Below are positions 15,890 through 26,332 of a DNA stretch of 64,000 nucleotides, piece by piece; position 1 is the first letter of the stretch, and every line of letters begins with the position of its first letter. The stretch covers positions 96,001 to 160,000 of the forward strand of contig CAWDPO010000023.1 in the NCBI GenBank assembly GCA_963804165.1. Reading direction: 5' to 3'. The DNA is from an uncultured delta proteobacterium (GTDB taxonomy: Bacteria > Desulfobacterota > Binatia > UBA9968). A program made the translations under genes and the position numbers. The notes below the pieces were generated by a model that saw nothing but the letters and a program-made list of their open reading frames with translations, ran no database searches and was not told where the DNA came from.

Positions 15890-16038
15890 AAAGCACTACG
15901 GAATGCGCGGTGATATTTTTGCTTGTACGTCGACCCAGACTTCCCTGGAATCTTTTTGGAAAATCTAGCAGTGGGGGTTCGAGCGTGAGCCGAAACAGGT
16001 TAAATTTTAGCTACGGCAAGAAGTAACGATCTGAATTC

Positions 16039-16431
16039 TTACCGTTTTGAGTATTGTGGCCGTTTGCGCGCTTTATGGCGACCATACTTCTTGCGCTCCA
16101 CGGCGCGCGGATCGCGGGTAACAAAGCCAGCTTTTTTTAGCGGCGAACGGAGATCAGCATTGACTTGCATTAGGGCTCGAGTAATCCCGTGGCGAATCGC
16201 CCCCGCTTGCCCTGAGATTCCGCCACCGACGACGTTCACGTCGATGTCGAAACTTCCTCCAGTTTGCGTCACGTCGAAGGGCTGGAGCACAATCATGCGA
16301 GCCGTTTCGCGGCCGAAATACTCCTGCAACGACCTTTCATTGATCTTGATATTGCCTTTGCCAGGTTTCAAGAACACCCGTGCAACAGAGGTCTTTCTGC
16401 GCCCGGTCGCTGTAAAGACTTTTTCCGCCAT
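16039..16431 (-). CDS. rpsI: 30S ribosomal protein S9
   Basis: [26 protein letters not shown] and the C-terminal QYSKR. Confidence 0.98.
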   Translation of the reverse strand: MAEKVFTATGRRKTSVARVFLKPGKGNIKINERSLQEYFGRETARMIVLQPFDVTQTGGSFDIDVNVVGGGISGQAGAIRHGITRALMQVNADLRSPLKKAGFVTRDPRAVERKKYGRHKARKRPQYSKR

Positions 16432-16444
16432 CGCTATAGTACTC

Positions 16445-16870
16445 CTATGCTACGATTGCCAGAGGTTGTGGTTTTTGTGCATCGTGCGGGTGTTCGGACC
16501 CCGCATAAATCTTCAGCTTGGTCACCAATTTCCGGCTCAAACGGTTTTTCGGCAACATTCCTTTCACGGCAAGCCTAACCAGATCCTCAGGTTTTTCTTC
16601 CAGCATTTGCGCCGCAGTTCTCTCCCTGATACCGCCGGGAAATTCAGTATGCCGATAGTAAACCTTCTTAGCGAGTTTGGCACCTGTCAATTTCACCCCC
16701 CGTGCATTGACGACGATTACGAAGTCTCCGGCATCCTGATTCGGCGTGAAAATGGGCTTATGTTTACCGCGGAGGACCTTGGCAATCTCAGTCGCCATCC
16801 GCCCAAGGATTTTTCCCTGAGCGTCAACAATGTACCAGCGCCGCTGGGACAGAGCCTCTTTCCTATTCAT
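16445..16870 (-). CDS. rplM: 50S ribosomal protein L13
   Basis: WYIVDA...LGRMAT, LRGKHKP and AVKGMLPKN motifs. Confidence 0.98.
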   Translation of the reverse strand: MNRKEALSQRRWYIVDAQGKILGRMATEIAKVLRGKHKPIFTPNQDAGDFVIVVNARGVKLTGAKLAKKVYYRHTEFPGGIRERTAAQMLEEKPEDLVRLAVKGMLPKNRLSRKLVTKLKIYAGSEHPHDAQKPQPLAIVA

Positions 16871-16920
16871 ACGGTAAACTCCAGAAGATCAAATTTTCGA
16901 ACCGCATTCACAAGCGGTAG

Positions 16921-16997
16921 TGGCGGGGCCGACGAGACTCGAACTCGCGACCTCCGGCGTGACAGGCCGGCGTTCTAACCAGCTGAACTACGACCCC
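16921..16997 (-). tRNA. tRNA-Asp (GTC)
   Basis: GGGGTCGTAGTTCAG...CT-GTC-AC...CGGCCCCGCCA. Confidence 0.96.
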
Positions 16998-17022
16998 GAC
17001 ATTTAGCTTCATGATCACCCTT

Positions 17023-17097
17023 TGGTGGGCGGTACAGGATTTGAACCTGTGACCCCCGGCTTGTAAGGCCGATGCTCTCCCGCTGAGCTAACCGCCC
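17023..17097 (-). tRNA. tRNA-Val (TAC)
   Basis: GGGCGGTTAGCTCAG...CT-TAC-AA...ACCGCCCACCA. Confidence 0.96.
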
Positions 17098-17254
17098 TCC
17101 GCTATCGACACCGCCTTGAGGCAGCCGAGGATTCCTTACTACGATTAACGCGACCTAATCATGCGCCGCTCCGACATCCAGAAAAAATGCAACGCATCCA
17201 TGAAAAAAACGCGCTACGTCCCTACTGACATTCGGGTCAACAGCGCAAAGCGGT

Positions 17255-17283
17255 TTTATAACAGCAGCGATGCCGGGTGTCAA
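17255..17283 (-). promoter_or_regulatory. sigma70-type promoter for tRNA-Val/tRNA-Asp/rplM-rpsI
   Basis: Minus strand TTGACA (17283-17278), 17-nt spacer, TATAAA (17260-17255). Confidence 0.65.
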
Positions 17284-17300
17284 ACCACCCGGCATCGCTG
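17265..17300 (-). terminator. 15-bp hairpin just downstream of lon (probable terminator or stabiliser)
   Basis: CAGCGATGCCGGGTG-tcaaac-CACCCGGCATCGCTG; U-tail is weak. Confidence 0.5.
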
Positions 17301-17316
17301 TCAATAAATCAAGGAT

Positions 17317-19788
17317 TCACTGCGGCAAAATTTCCGGAGCAGGGGCGTCGTCGACTTTTTCTGCGTAGGACGGGGGCTCATCCTTGGCTTGAGTTTCAAC
17401 AGGGATCCTTCTGAACAAGCTATCGGGATCATTGATCACCAGAGCCTTTTTCAGAACTTGATCCATATGCGATACCAGCTCCAGCTCAACGGTCTTGAGT
17501 ACGGTTGCCGGGATTTCTTCGATGTCCTTTTCATTTTCGGCTGGAATCAAGACCTTCTTAATTCCCGCCCGGTGAGCTGCCAAAATCTTTTCCTTCAGTC
17601 CACCGATCGGCAACACGGTTCCTCTTAACGTGATTTCCCCGGTCATTGCTAAATCGTTATGCACGGGGATTTTCATCAATGCTGAAACCAACGAAGTCGC
17701 CATAGTGATCCCGGCGGAGGGGCCGTCTTTTGGAATCGCGCCCTCGGGCACATGAATATGCACGTCGAGCTTCTGATAGAAATCCTTTTCCAAGCCCAAT
17801 TCGCCGCCGCGCGAGCGCACGTAACTCATCGCTGCTTGCGCCGACTCTTGCATGACATCGCCAAGTTTCCCAGTGATAATCAGCTGGCCTTTGCCCGGCA
17901 TGATTGTGACCTCAGTGGCCAGGAGTTCGCCGCCGAGTTCGGTCCAAGCCAATCCGGTCGTAACACCGACTTTGACCTCATTCTCCGCTTTGCCGTAGCG
18001 AAACTTGACCGGACCGAGGTACTTGTGCAGACTTTTCGAGCCGACCTGCATGTGCGCATTACGATCCTTGCGCACGACTTCCACAGCGACCTTGCGACAA
18101 ATTGAAGCGATCTCCCGCTCAAGATTGCGAACACCCGCTTCCTTTGTATAGTGACGAATCACACCAAGGATGGCGTTGTCGGTGAACGCCAGATTCTCCG
18201 TTGTGAGCCCATTTGACTCCTTTTGTTTTTCAACAAGATATTTTTTCGCGATACTAAGCTTTTCGAGCTCGGTGTAACCGGCGATACGGATGATCTCCAT
18301 CCGATCTTGTAACGGACGGGGAATCCGATCCAGCGTATTCGCCGTCGTAATAAACATGACCTTTGACAGATCGTAGTCGAGATCAAGATAATGATCGTTA
18401 AACGAAGTGTTTTGCTCAGGATCTAACACCTCGAGGAGCGCGGACGATGGATCACCGCGAAAATCGGTCGACATCTTGTCGATTTCGTCCATCAAGAATA
18501 CCGGATTGCTCGAACCGGCCTTTTTCATCGACTGAACGATTTTTCCCGGCAACGCACCGATATAGGTGCGCCGGTGGCCGCGAATTTCAGCCTCGTCACG
18601 GACCCCGCCGAGCGACACTCTGACAAACTTGCGTCCCGTCGCGCGCGCAATCGACCGGCCTAACGACGTCTTACCGACTCCCGGAGGGCCGACGAGACAG
18701 AGAATCGGGCCTTTAATTTTTCCAACTAGGCTCTGGACAGCAAGGTATTCAAGAATACGCTCCTTTACTTTCTCCAATCCAAAATGGTCCTCTTCCAGCA
18801 CACGCTCTGCCTCGTTGATATCGAGTTTGTCATCAGTAAACTCGTTCCACGGCAGGCTAAGTATCCAATCTATATAATTACGCACGACGGTTGCTTCGGC
18901 CGACATCGGCGACATCATTTTGAGTTTTTTGAGCTCTTTTTCTACCTTGTCCTTGGCCTCAGCGGAGAGCTTCTTCTGCTTTAGTTTTTCTTCAATTTCC
19001 TGAACTTCGTTCTTAAACTCATCCTTCTCGCCCAACTCTTTCTGGATCGCTCTCATTTGTTCATTTAAATAGTATTCCTTCTGCGAGCGCTCCATCTGCT
19101 TCTTCACGCGGGAACGAATTCGCCGCTCAACCTCAAGAATTTCAATTTCGGCGCGCATATGACCGAGCACCTTTTCCAGACGTTCAGCCGCATTGAAGGT
19201 TTCGAGAAGATTCTGCCGATCTTCGAGTTTAATACCGAGATGCGCGACGATCGTGTCCGCCAACCTTCCCGGGTCGTCAATCGACGACACTGACATGACC
19301 ATTTCGGGCGGAATTTTTTTCTTAAGTTTGACGTAATTCTCAAACGTGGTGTGAACTTCCCGAACCAGCGCGTCGACCTCGGTATTCCGTTCGACGAGCT
19401 CCGGAGCATCCTCCACATCCACTAAAAAAAATTCCGGATTTGAAACGAATCGTGTGACTTTTGCCCGCTTTTTACCCTCTATTAACACTTTGACGGTGCC
19501 GTCGGGAAGCTTGAGCATTTGGACCACGGATCCCAAAGTTCCGATTTTGTAAATATCTTCTTCACTCGGATCATTGGTTTTAGCGTCCTTCTGCGAGGAC
19601 AGAAAAATTAGGCTTTGCTTTTGGGTCGCTTCCTCCAGCGCCTTGATGGATCGCTGTCGGCCGACAAAAAGCGGAACAACCATATGCGGAAATACAATGA
19701 TGTCCCTTAGGGGAAGCAACGGAACCCGCGCGGGTCCACCGGCTTGTTCTTTGTCATCTTTTTTGTCTTTTTCGTTTCGAAATAGCAT
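17317..19788 (-). CDS. lon: ATP-dependent protease La
   Basis: GPPGVGKTS and the catalytic PKDGPSAG motif; 823 aa. Confidence 0.98.
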   Translation of the reverse strand: MLFRNEKDKKDDKEQAGGPARVPLLPLRDIIVFPHMVVPLFVGRQRSIKALEEATQKQSLIFLSSQKDAKTNDPSEEDIYKIGTLGSVVQMLKLPDGTVKVLIEGKKRAKVTRFVSNPEFFLVDVEDAPELVERNTEVDALVREVHTTFENYVKLKKKIPPEMVMSVSSIDDPGRLADTIVAHLGIKLEDRQNLLETFNAAERLEKVLGHMRAEIEILEVERRIRSRVKKQMERSQKEYYLNEQMRAIQKELGEKDEFKNEVQEIEEKLKQKKLSAEAKDKVEKELKKLKMMSPMSAEATVVRNYIDWILSLPWNEFTDDKLDINEAERVLEEDHFGLEKVKERILEYLAVQSLVGKIKGPILCLVGPPGVGKTSLGRSIARATGRKFVRVSLGGVRDEAEIRGHRRTYIGALPGKIVQSMKKAGSSNPVFLMDEIDKMSTDFRGDPSSALLEVLDPEQNTSFNDHYLDLDYDLSKVMFITTANTLDRIPRPLQDRMEIIRIAGYTELEKLSIAKKYLVEKQKESNGLTTENLAFTDNAILGVIRHYTKEAGVRNLEREIASICRKVAVEVVRKDRNAHMQVGSKSLHKYLGPVKFRYGKAENEVKVGVTTGLAWTELGGELLATEVTIMPGKGQLIITGKLGDVMQESAQAAMSYVRSRGGELGLEKDFYQKLDVHIHVPEGAIPKDGPSAGITMATSLVSALMKIPVHNDLAMTGEITLRGTVLPIGGLKEKILAAHRAGIKKVLIPAENEKDIEEIPATVLKTVELELVSHMDQVLKKALVINDPDSLFRRIPVETQAKDEPPSYAEKVDDAPAPEILPQ

Positions 19789-19797
19789 TTAACCCTC

Positions 19798-21051
19798 CTA
19801 AGCGCTCTCTGCAGCCTTGGTGTATACGACGATCGGAGGTTCATGTCTTTCCACGACGTCCTCCGAAATAACCACTTCTTTGATGTTTGGCTGGGAGGGC
19901 ATGTCGTACATGATTTCCAACATGATATTTTCCATGATCGCTCGCAGTCCCCGCGCACCCGATTTCCTTTTCGTCGCGTTGCGAGCGATCGCTCGCAACG
20001 CCTCTTCCGTAAACTTTAGATGGACGGACTCCATTTCAAATAGCTTCGAGTATTGTTTGGTTAAAGCGTTTCTTGGTTCTTTCAAAATTCGTACCAACGC
20101 GGATTCATCCAGCTCGTCCAAGGTGGCTATCACCGGTAGGCGGCCGATAAACTCCGGGATGAGTCCAAACTTCAATAGGTCTTCGGTTTGCACATCGTGC
20201 AATAGATCGGTTGAGCGCCGACCGTCTTTGTCTTCCAAATGGCCACCGAATCCCATGCGCTTGCGGCCGGTGCGTTTACGGATAATGTCATCTAAACCCA
20301 CAAATGCGCCACCGCATATAAAAAGAATATTGGTGGTATCCACCTGAAGAAACTCTTGTTGGGGATGTTTGCGCCCGCCCTTCGGCGGGACGCTCGCCAT
20401 GGTTCCCTCGATAATCTTTAGCAATGCTTGCTGTACGCCTTCCCCAGACACGTCCCGAGTGATCGACGGATTATCCGACTTGCGCGAGATTTTATCGATC
20501 TCATCTATATAGACGATGCCGCGTTGCGCCTTTTCGACGTCGTAGTCGGCGGCTTGAAGCAGGTTGAGAATTATATTCTCAACGTCTTCTCCCACATAAC
20601 CTGCCTCGGTCAAACTCGTCGCATCTGCGATCGTGAAGGGAACCTGCAGAAACCGGGCAAGCGTTTGCGCTAAAAGAGTCTTTCCCGATCCGGTTGGACC
20701 GAGCAAAAGGATGTTGCTTTTCTGTAACTCGACGTCACCGGTCACTAACTGACTATCAATTCTCTTATAGTGGTTATGGACGGCCACAGCGAGAATCTTC
20801 TTAGCCCGCTCCTGGCCTATCACGTACTGGTCGAGCACCCGTTTGATTTCAGCGGGTTTCGGCACGTTTGAAGAAGAACTGATATTTTCGTCGTGATCGC
20901 ATTCCTCGGCAATAATGTCGTTACACAGATCAATGCATTCGTCGCAGATGTAAACAGTCGGACCGGCAATTAGCTTGCGGACCTCATCTTGGCTCTTTCC
21001 GCAGAAAGAGCAGACAAGATTTCCCGACCCGTGTTCACCATGCTTCGCCAT
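19798..21051 (-). CDS. clpX: ATP-dependent Clp protease ATP-binding subunit ClpX
   Basis: CSFCGK zinc finger, GPTGSGKT and GYVGEDVE. Confidence 0.98.
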   Translation of the reverse strand: MAKHGEHGSGNLVCSFCGKSQDEVRKLIAGPTVYICDECIDLCNDIIAEECDHDENISSSSNVPKPAEIKRVLDQYVIGQERAKKILAVAVHNHYKRIDSQLVTGDVELQKSNILLLGPTGSGKTLLAQTLARFLQVPFTIADATSLTEAGYVGEDVENIILNLLQAADYDVEKAQRGIVYIDEIDKISRKSDNPSITRDVSGEGVQQALLKIIEGTMASVPPKGGRKHPQQEFLQVDTTNILFICGGAFVGLDDIIRKRTGRKRMGFGGHLEDKDGRRSTDLLHDVQTEDLLKFGLIPEFIGRLPVIATLDELDESALVRILKEPRNALTKQYSKLFEMESVHLKFTEEALRAIARNATKRKSGARGLRAIMENIMLEIMYDMPSQPNIKEVVISEDVVERHEPPIVVYTKAAESA

Positions 21052-21074
21052 AGAACCCCCGGTTAAACTTACGG

Positions 21075-21677
21075 CTACTTTTTTATGAGTCCTTCGGGCC
21101 GAGTCGCGATTACCTCGTCAACCAGGCCATACTCTTGCGCCTGTTTGCCCGTCATAAACATATCGCGATCGGTGTCCTTTTCAATTTTTTTCAGACTCTG
21201 TCCCGTGTGCTTCATTAATATATTGTTCAATTCCTCGCGCATACGGAGAATTTCACGAGCTTGAATATCCACATCAGCGGCCTGTCCTTGGAACCCGCCC
21301 AAAGGCTGATGGATCATAATGCGCGAATGAGGCAAGGCGAAACGCTTTGCCTTCGTGCCAGCCGCTAACAAAACTGCGGCCATACTGGCAGCTTGTCCAA
21401 CACATACCGTTGAAATCTGTGGCCGAATGTATTGCATGGTGTCGTAGATCGCTAATCCTGCCGTCACCGAACCACCGGGACTATTAATGTAGAAGAAAAT
21501 ATCGCGTTCGGGATCTTCCGATTCAAGAAAGAGCAGTTGTGCAGTAATAACGTTGGCGACTTCGTCAGTTACGACGGTACCGAGAAAAACGATTCGATCT
21601 TTAAGGAGACGGGAATAAATGTCATAAGCGCGTTCACCACGGCCTGTTTGCTCAACGACAATGGGGATGAAGTTCAT
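21075..21677 (-). CDS. clpP: Clp protease proteolytic subunit
   Basis: [23 protein letters not shown] and MIHQP motifs. Confidence 0.98.
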   Translation of the reverse strand: MNFIPIVVEQTGRGERAYDIYSRLLKDRIVFLGTVVTDEVANVITAQLLFLESEDPERDIFFYINSPGGSVTAGLAIYDTMQYIRPQISTVCVGQAASMAAVLLAAGTKAKRFALPHSRIMIHQPLGGFQGQAADVDIQAREILRMREELNNILMKHTGQSLKKIEKDTDRDMFMTGKQAQEYGLVDEVIATRPEGLIKK

Positions 21678-21710
21678 ATGTAGCTAAACCCCTTATCCAC
21701 AGTCAGCATT

Positions 21711-23036
21711 CTATCTTTTTTCAGCCTGCTCATCAACCTTAGAAATAGGCGGATCGACTTCTTTGATCGTCGCGCGTTCGAGCAAAGATCCCAGGGTGCG
21801 ATCGAATACCATTTGCGACCGCAAATCATCGCGAGCGTCAGCTCGCGAGTAGAACTCGCGCACGTTTTTGGCGCGGTCCCCCGCCGCGCGCGCGAGGCTG
21901 TCCACCCGATCCTGTACGTCCTTATCCGTGATCTCGATCTGTTCGAGCTGGGCAATCTTTTCTACGAGCAGCGTCGCATGGACTTGGCGCGTGGCTCTGG
22001 CCTCGATGTTTTTTCTCACCTCCTCCAACGGCGCCGGCGCGCCGGCGCCCGAGTCGCGTTGCGCGGCGATCTGATTTTGGTAGCGCTCCATCAAGTATCT
22101 TGTTTGCCGCTCCACCATCGAGGGCGGAATTGTGAACGAGTGCGCTTCGATCAACCGGCCGACCAGCTTTTCTTTAAGCTCTTCGTTTTGGTATTGTCCG
22201 AGTTCCTCTTCCAATCGCCCACGAATGCGCGTTTTCAACTCTTCGAGGGTAGCGCATTCCCCATGGTCTTTGGCGAATTCATCATCAAGCGTGGGCAACA
22301 CCTTTTGCTTAATTTCGCGTACGATGAGGGAAAAATCCACCGCCTTGCTGGCGATTTCTTTATTCGGATAATTTTCGGGGTAATTTACCGTCACGGTTTG
22401 ACGCTCGCCCAACGTTAGCCCGGCAACGGCATCTTCGAATTGGGGTAACGCATGCCCGGAGCCGACTTCGAGCGCATAATTCTCCCCCTTGCTGCCCGAA
22501 AACGGTTTCCCGGTGATGGTGCCCTCGAAATCCAACAAAACAAAATCGCCCTGCTGGACCACTTCACGGCCTTCGACCGGCTCCAGACGAGCATGTCCCT
22601 CCTGCAACCGACGCAGCGCGTCCTCGACTTGAGGTTCCGTGATCGTGATTTTTACCTTCTCGACTTCCATACCCAGGTAGTCTTTGACTTCGAAGTCGGG
22701 CTTCACTTCAAAAACTGCAGAAAAAGAAAAAGGGCCGCTTTCATTAAACTCGGCTGTTTCCACCTCCGGCCGAGAAACGATCTGCAAGCCGCGTTCCTTT
22801 ACGATTTCCTCTAAGGATTCCTCCACAAGATGAGATCTGACTTCGCCTTTAACCTCATCGCCATAGATTCCCTGCAAGACGCTCCGGGGAATCTTTCCAC
22901 TGCGAAAACCCTTGACGCGAACGCGCTGACCAAGATTCTTATACGCGCGTGAAAACTCACCGGCGACGGTTTCGGCGGGAAGTTCGACTCGGACTTTTCG
23001 CTGGACGGGACTCAATTCATCAATATCAATTTTCAT
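21711..23036 (-). CDS. tig: trigger factor
   Basis: GFRSGKIP ribosome-binding signature and FKBP domain; tig-clpP-clpX-lon order. Confidence 0.96.
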   Translation of the reverse strand: MKIDIDELSPVQRKVRVELPAETVAGEFSRAYKNLGQRVRVKGFRSGKIPRSVLQGIYGDEVKGEVRSHLVEESLEEIVKERGLQIVSRPEVETAEFNESGPFSFSAVFEVKPDFEVKDYLGMEVEKVKITITEPQVEDALRRLQEGHARLEPVEGREVVQQGDFVLLDFEGTITGKPFSGSKGENYALEVGSGHALPQFEDAVAGLTLGERQTVTVNYPENYPNKEIASKAVDFSLIVREIKQKVLPTLDDEFAKDHGECATLEELKTRIRGRLEEELGQYQNEELKEKLVGRLIEAHSFTIPPSMVERQTRYLMERYQNQIAAQRDSGAGAPAPLEEVRKNIEARATRQVHATLLVEKIAQLEQIEITDKDVQDRVDSLARAAGDRAKNVREFYSRADARDDLRSQMVFDRTLGSLLERATIKEVDPPISKVDEQAEKR

Positions 23037-23163
23037 GGTGAATTCTTATGAGACTCTTCGCGTGTGGCGAAAAGTCGATTTCAACCAATGTATGATCGCC
23101 ACGGCGTCCCTGTACCAACCTTTCTTTCCAGATGCCTTCAAAAACTAATTCGCAAATAACCGA

Positions 23164-23246
23164 TGGTGCGAGAGGGGGGACTCGAACCCCCACGGTTACC
23201 CGCTAGATCCTAAGTCTAGTGCGTCTGCCAGTTCCGCCACTCTCGC
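23164..23246 (-). tRNA. tRNA-Leu (TAG)
   Basis: GCGAGAGTGGCGGAA...CT-TAG-GA, variable arm, ...CTCTCGCACCA. Confidence 0.96.
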
Positions 23247-23297
23247 GAAAACCGGATTCGACAATGAACTCACCATTCGCATTCTGACTCGAATTGC

Positions 23298-23326
23298 AGA
23301 GTAAAAATAACCTGTCGGTATGTCAA
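23298..23326 (-). promoter_or_regulatory. putative sigma70 promoter for tRNA-Leu/tig
   Basis: Minus strand TTGACA (23326-23321), 17 nt, TACTCT. Confidence 0.5.
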
Positions 23327-23599
23327 GCGCCGTTGAACCCAGGATTCAGATCTCAGTGTTATACCGCGTGCGAATAGCGCCGTTTGCGCCGGCGTTTTTC
23401 AATTCGGGACTCTGCGTGAATAGTTTAGCTGCACGGAATTACTGGCAGAGCGAATATCTGGAACAACATCGCCCGCCAAATCGGAGCCGAAGAATCAGCG
23501 CTGAGCTCTGGGCGGAGATCAGGATAACCGCCAGCGTTGCAACCCGCGATGATAGTCGTCAAGAGAATTGAGATTGACAGAGCTTAACCCTCCCGGATC

Positions 23600-24105
23600 A
23601 ATGGCGTGCGTTTCTTCTTCGGCAACAATTCGAGTCGCAGCCTCCGTACAAAAATGTCGGCCTAAGTTTTCCTTCTTCAAGTTATCGCTTCAACAGCGCC
23701 ACTACTGACTTTCGGTAGACGGCATGAGAGGTCGGAGCCAGCCCTGCCAAAACGGTACGGCAACCTCCGCGTCGCCGAGCCTGGCGATGACAAACCGCAC
23801 TAGCTCAGTGCTTAGAAAACGGTGCGTCGGAGAAACTTACAAAACAAATCTCCGTCCGCAGCTTGCAAACCGTGGACGATGCCACTGGCCGGCCCTTGAA
23901 AGGGCGGCTCGTCGCGTACGACTATGACGGGTAAGCCCGGGAATCTAAATCCCGGCGCGGTCACGACGACGACTTCATCAAAGTCCTACGTTAACTTCCG
24001 CGCCATGTGAGAGATCAACGGCTCGCCGTCGAACTGTAGGAAGGAATTTTGGAGTTGCCGCCCGCGAGGATGATCGCGGAGACATTGTCCTGTCGCACTC
24101 ACACG
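23600..24105 (+). ncRNA. candidate large structured non-coding RNA (unassigned)
   Basis: No credible ORF on either strand. About ten near-contiguous hairpins plus long-range stems, with G-U pairs that work only on the + strand. TTGACA at 23574-23579. See findings. Confidence 0.55.
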
Positions 24106-24171
24106 TTCATGATTTGACAACAGCACCAATGATGAAAAATTTCAAAAAGGCCGGTGTCAAATGCCTTTCTA

Positions 24172-24486
24172 TCACTTCATCTGGCACTGGCTGCAAGGGC
24201 AGAGGGTTCTTAAATAATCGTACGTGTAAATACCCGTACTGTGACCGTCATTCCAGCGCATTTCGATGGCATAATTCCCGACTGGACTGATCGCCCCCAA
24301 CTTCGCATCGGGAACATCAATAAATCGCCGCTGAGCGCCGTGTCCCTGACAAAGCGCGCAGGGGCAGTGACCGCGGAGATACGCTTCGGCATATTCGCCC
24401 ACATGCCCGTCGTCCCAGGTCATACGTACAACGCCGCGCGCTCTAATATGGTTAATTTCGGTAGGGATGGGCATGGACATCGACAC
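24172..24486 (-). CDS. DUF971 / gamma-butyrobetaine hydroxylase N-terminal-like metal-binding protein
   Basis: WDDGH...YLRGHCPCALC, VGNYA...WNDGHSTGIYTYDYLR. Confidence 0.85.
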   Translation of the reverse strand: MSMSMPIPTEINHIRARGVVRMTWDDGHVGEYAEAYLRGHCPCALCQGHGAQRRFIDVPDAKLGAISPVGNYAIEMRWNDGHSTGIYTYDYLRTLCPCSQCQMK

Positions 24487-24488
24487 GC

Positions 24489-25028
24489 CTATAATTCAAC
24501 GAGACCGTCGCCGATCGCGGTCATAAAGCCGATCCGGTCACGATTGATCAAATAGGTTCGCGGCCCAACAACCGGTCGGTCCACCAGTGTCGCATCAGTC
24601 ACTGGAAAAAACTGGCTCTTCTCCATGAGTAACTCGTGAAGCGCGCTTCCGGGCAACAAATGAACGCTTCCTTGCAGCAAGTATGGTCCGACGCTGAACA
24701 ACGCTCTGCTCGGATCCTTTTTAACGTACAAATGGTCTATTCCCGACCGCTGCATCCGTGCTTCTGAGCTTAAGTCGGCGATCAGAAATACTTCGTGCAT
24801 ATAGATCAGATACTCATCGGCGCCGACCGATACAGGTTTTCGGTTATATTGCTCTAGAGTGGCATCCTTGAGAGAGAATACCGTGTCGCCTTGCCGGACA
24901 AACAAATAATTGCTCAATCGATCTTGATTCGTCGCGAGCACGCCGCGCACCACGGCTGCATGGAGATAAACCTCCAGGTACATCGTGTACGTGAAATTGT
25001 CCTCGCCAGCCATCTGCTTTTGAACCAC
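24489..25028 (-). CDS. hypothetical protein made of two internally similar domains (DUF6812-like)
   Basis: 179 aa; the two halves share a G-x-[LV]...[FL]..DATL...YLI pattern. Confidence 0.65.
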   Translation of the reverse strand: MVQKQMAGEDNFTYTMYLEVYLHAAVVRGVLATNQDRLSNYLFVRQGDTVFSLKDATLEQYNRKPVSVGADEYLIYMHEVFLIADLSSEARMQRSGIDHLYVKKDPSRALFSVGPYLLQGSVHLLPGSALHELLMEKSQFFPVTDATLVDRPVVGPRTYLINRDRIGFMTAIGDGLVEL

Positions 25029-25168
25029 TTCCGATCACAGCGTTGATAAGTATCTTAAAACTCCTAAGACGATTATCTCATCACGCCCCTGCTTTAACAA
25101 CAAAGCTCATTGCCAAGTCGAGGCATGAAAGCGTGCGGGTTTCAAAATTTCGCAGCGAAGGGAGGAAA

Positions 25169-25244
<76 letters not shown>

Positions 25245-25254
25245 GACACAAAGA

Positions 25255-25318
25255 AAGGGACGAAGGCGGAAGGCAAAGGGATAAAACGGAAAGTCATCCT
25301 TCATCCTTTGTATTTTCA
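25255..25318. repeat. degenerate 7-nt tandem repeats forming an imperfect inverted pair
   Basis: GAAGGCG GAAGGCA AAGGGAT ... TCATCCT TCATCCT in the spacer between tRNA-Lys and tRNA-His. Confidence 0.5.
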
Positions 25319-25321
25319 AAC

Positions 25322-25399
25322 TGGGGTGAGTGAAGGGACTTGAACCCTCAACCCCTGGGACCACAACCCAGTGCTCTAACCAGTTGAGCTACACTCACC
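25322..25399 (-). tRNA. tRNA-His (GTG)
   Basis: G-1 GTGAGTGTAGCTCA...TT-GTG-GT...CACTCACCCCA. Confidence 0.95.
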
Positions 25400-25414
25400 G
25401 CAAACAAGCGATTC

Positions 25415-25491
25415 TGGCGCGCCAGAAGGGATTCGAACCCCTGACCTACGGCTTAGAAGGCCGTTGCTCTATCCAACTGAGCTACTGGCGC
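25415..25491 (-). tRNA. tRNA-Arg (TCT)
   Basis: GCGCCAGTAGCTCAG...CT-TCT-AA...CTGGCGCGCCA. Confidence 0.96.
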
Positions 25492-25510
25492 CGAACATCA
25501 TCACGGTTGC

Positions 25511-25576
25511 TGAGTATTGAGCGACACCTTTCCGCTCCGCATTTTCTCAATACTCAACACTCACAACTCAGTACTG
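25511..25576. repeat. 7-nt tandem/inverted repeat hairpin
   Basis: TGAGTATTGAG (25511-25521) pairs with CTCAATACTCA (25546-25556); units CTCAATA CTCAACA CTCACAA CTCAGTA. Confidence 0.6.
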
Positions 25577-25581
25577 TTTTT

Positions 25582-25658
25582 TGGTCGGGGCGAGAAGATT
25601 CGAACTTCCGACCCCCTGCGCCCAAGGCAGGTGCGCTACCAGGCTGCGCTACGCCCCG
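25582..25658 (-). tRNA. tRNA-Pro (TGG)
   Basis: CGGGGCGTAGCGCAGCCTGGTAGCGCA...CT-TGG-GC...CGCCCCGACCA. Confidence 0.95.
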
Positions 25659-25699
25659 TCAATTGACCAGGGGTCATTCTACACAGAGACTTCGTGAAA

Positions 25700-26320
25700 T
25701 CAAGGTGTTACGGCCAAATCGACTAGCGATGGCATGATCTCGGCAACTTTCTTGAGCGCCCTGCCGCGATGACTCACATTCGCCTTAACTTCGCGCTCGA
25801 TCTCGCCGAAGGTCCTGCCGAAGGGCGGATAGAAAAACAGCGGATCGTAACCGAATCCATGGGAGCCTTTTAGCGCAAATGCGATGCGCCCTTCGCAAGA
25901 TTCACGCACGGTCCATACTCTTTTGCAGTGAGATTTAGGCGCGCACAACGCCAGAGCGCAGACAAAACGCGCCGTCCGCTGCTCCTCTGGAATGGCCTCC
26001 AGTTCACGCAGAAGTTTTTCATTATTCTTCTCGTCGTTGCCATTTTCACCCGCATACCGGGCCGAATAGATCCCCGGCGCGCCGTTCAAAGCATCGACTT
26101 CCAAACCCGAGTCATCGGCCAGCGTCAGCAGACCCGAATGCTCCGCCAGAATCCGCGCTTTTTTTAGCGCGTTCGCTTCAAAGGTCGCGCCGTCTTCAAC
26201 GACCGCGGGTGGATCGCGCAGATCGCTCAGGGGAACAATGCGCAGCGGAAGCTTGCTTAAGAAGGCTCGCACCTCTGCAAATTTGCCCGCATTGGTCGTC
26301 GCGACCAGAAGGTCGATCAT
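25700..26320 (-). CDS. rdgB: XTP/dITP diphosphatase (Ham1 family)
   Basis: [32 protein letters not shown] and SHRG motifs. Confidence 0.95.
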   Translation of the reverse strand: MIDLLVATTNAGKFAEVRAFLSKLPLRIVPLSDLRDPPAVVEDGATFEANALKKARILAEHSGLLTLADDSGLEVDALNGAPGIYSARYAGENGNDEKNNEKLLRELEAIPEEQRTARFVCALALCAPKSHCKRVWTVRESCEGRIAFALKGSHGFGYDPLFFYPPFGRTFGEIEREVKANVSHRGRALKKVAEIMPSLVDLAVTP

Positions 26321-26332
26321 TTTCGCATCGAA

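Noticed and set aside
23320-23927. ORFs 23320-23571 and 23724-23927 in the large intergenic gap
   Set aside because: Arg/Ser-rich, no clear RBS and no protein motifs; the second overlaps the dense hairpin region.
23606-24098. Group II intron (GTGCG at 23606) or group I intron (GACTA / AGACATTGTCC-like elements)
   Set aside because: No domain V, the P7-like pairing is imperfect, and there is no interrupted host gene.
25255-25576. Repeats between tRNAs as a CRISPR array
   Set aside because: Units are 7 nt and degenerate, with no repeat-spacer periodicity and no cas genes.
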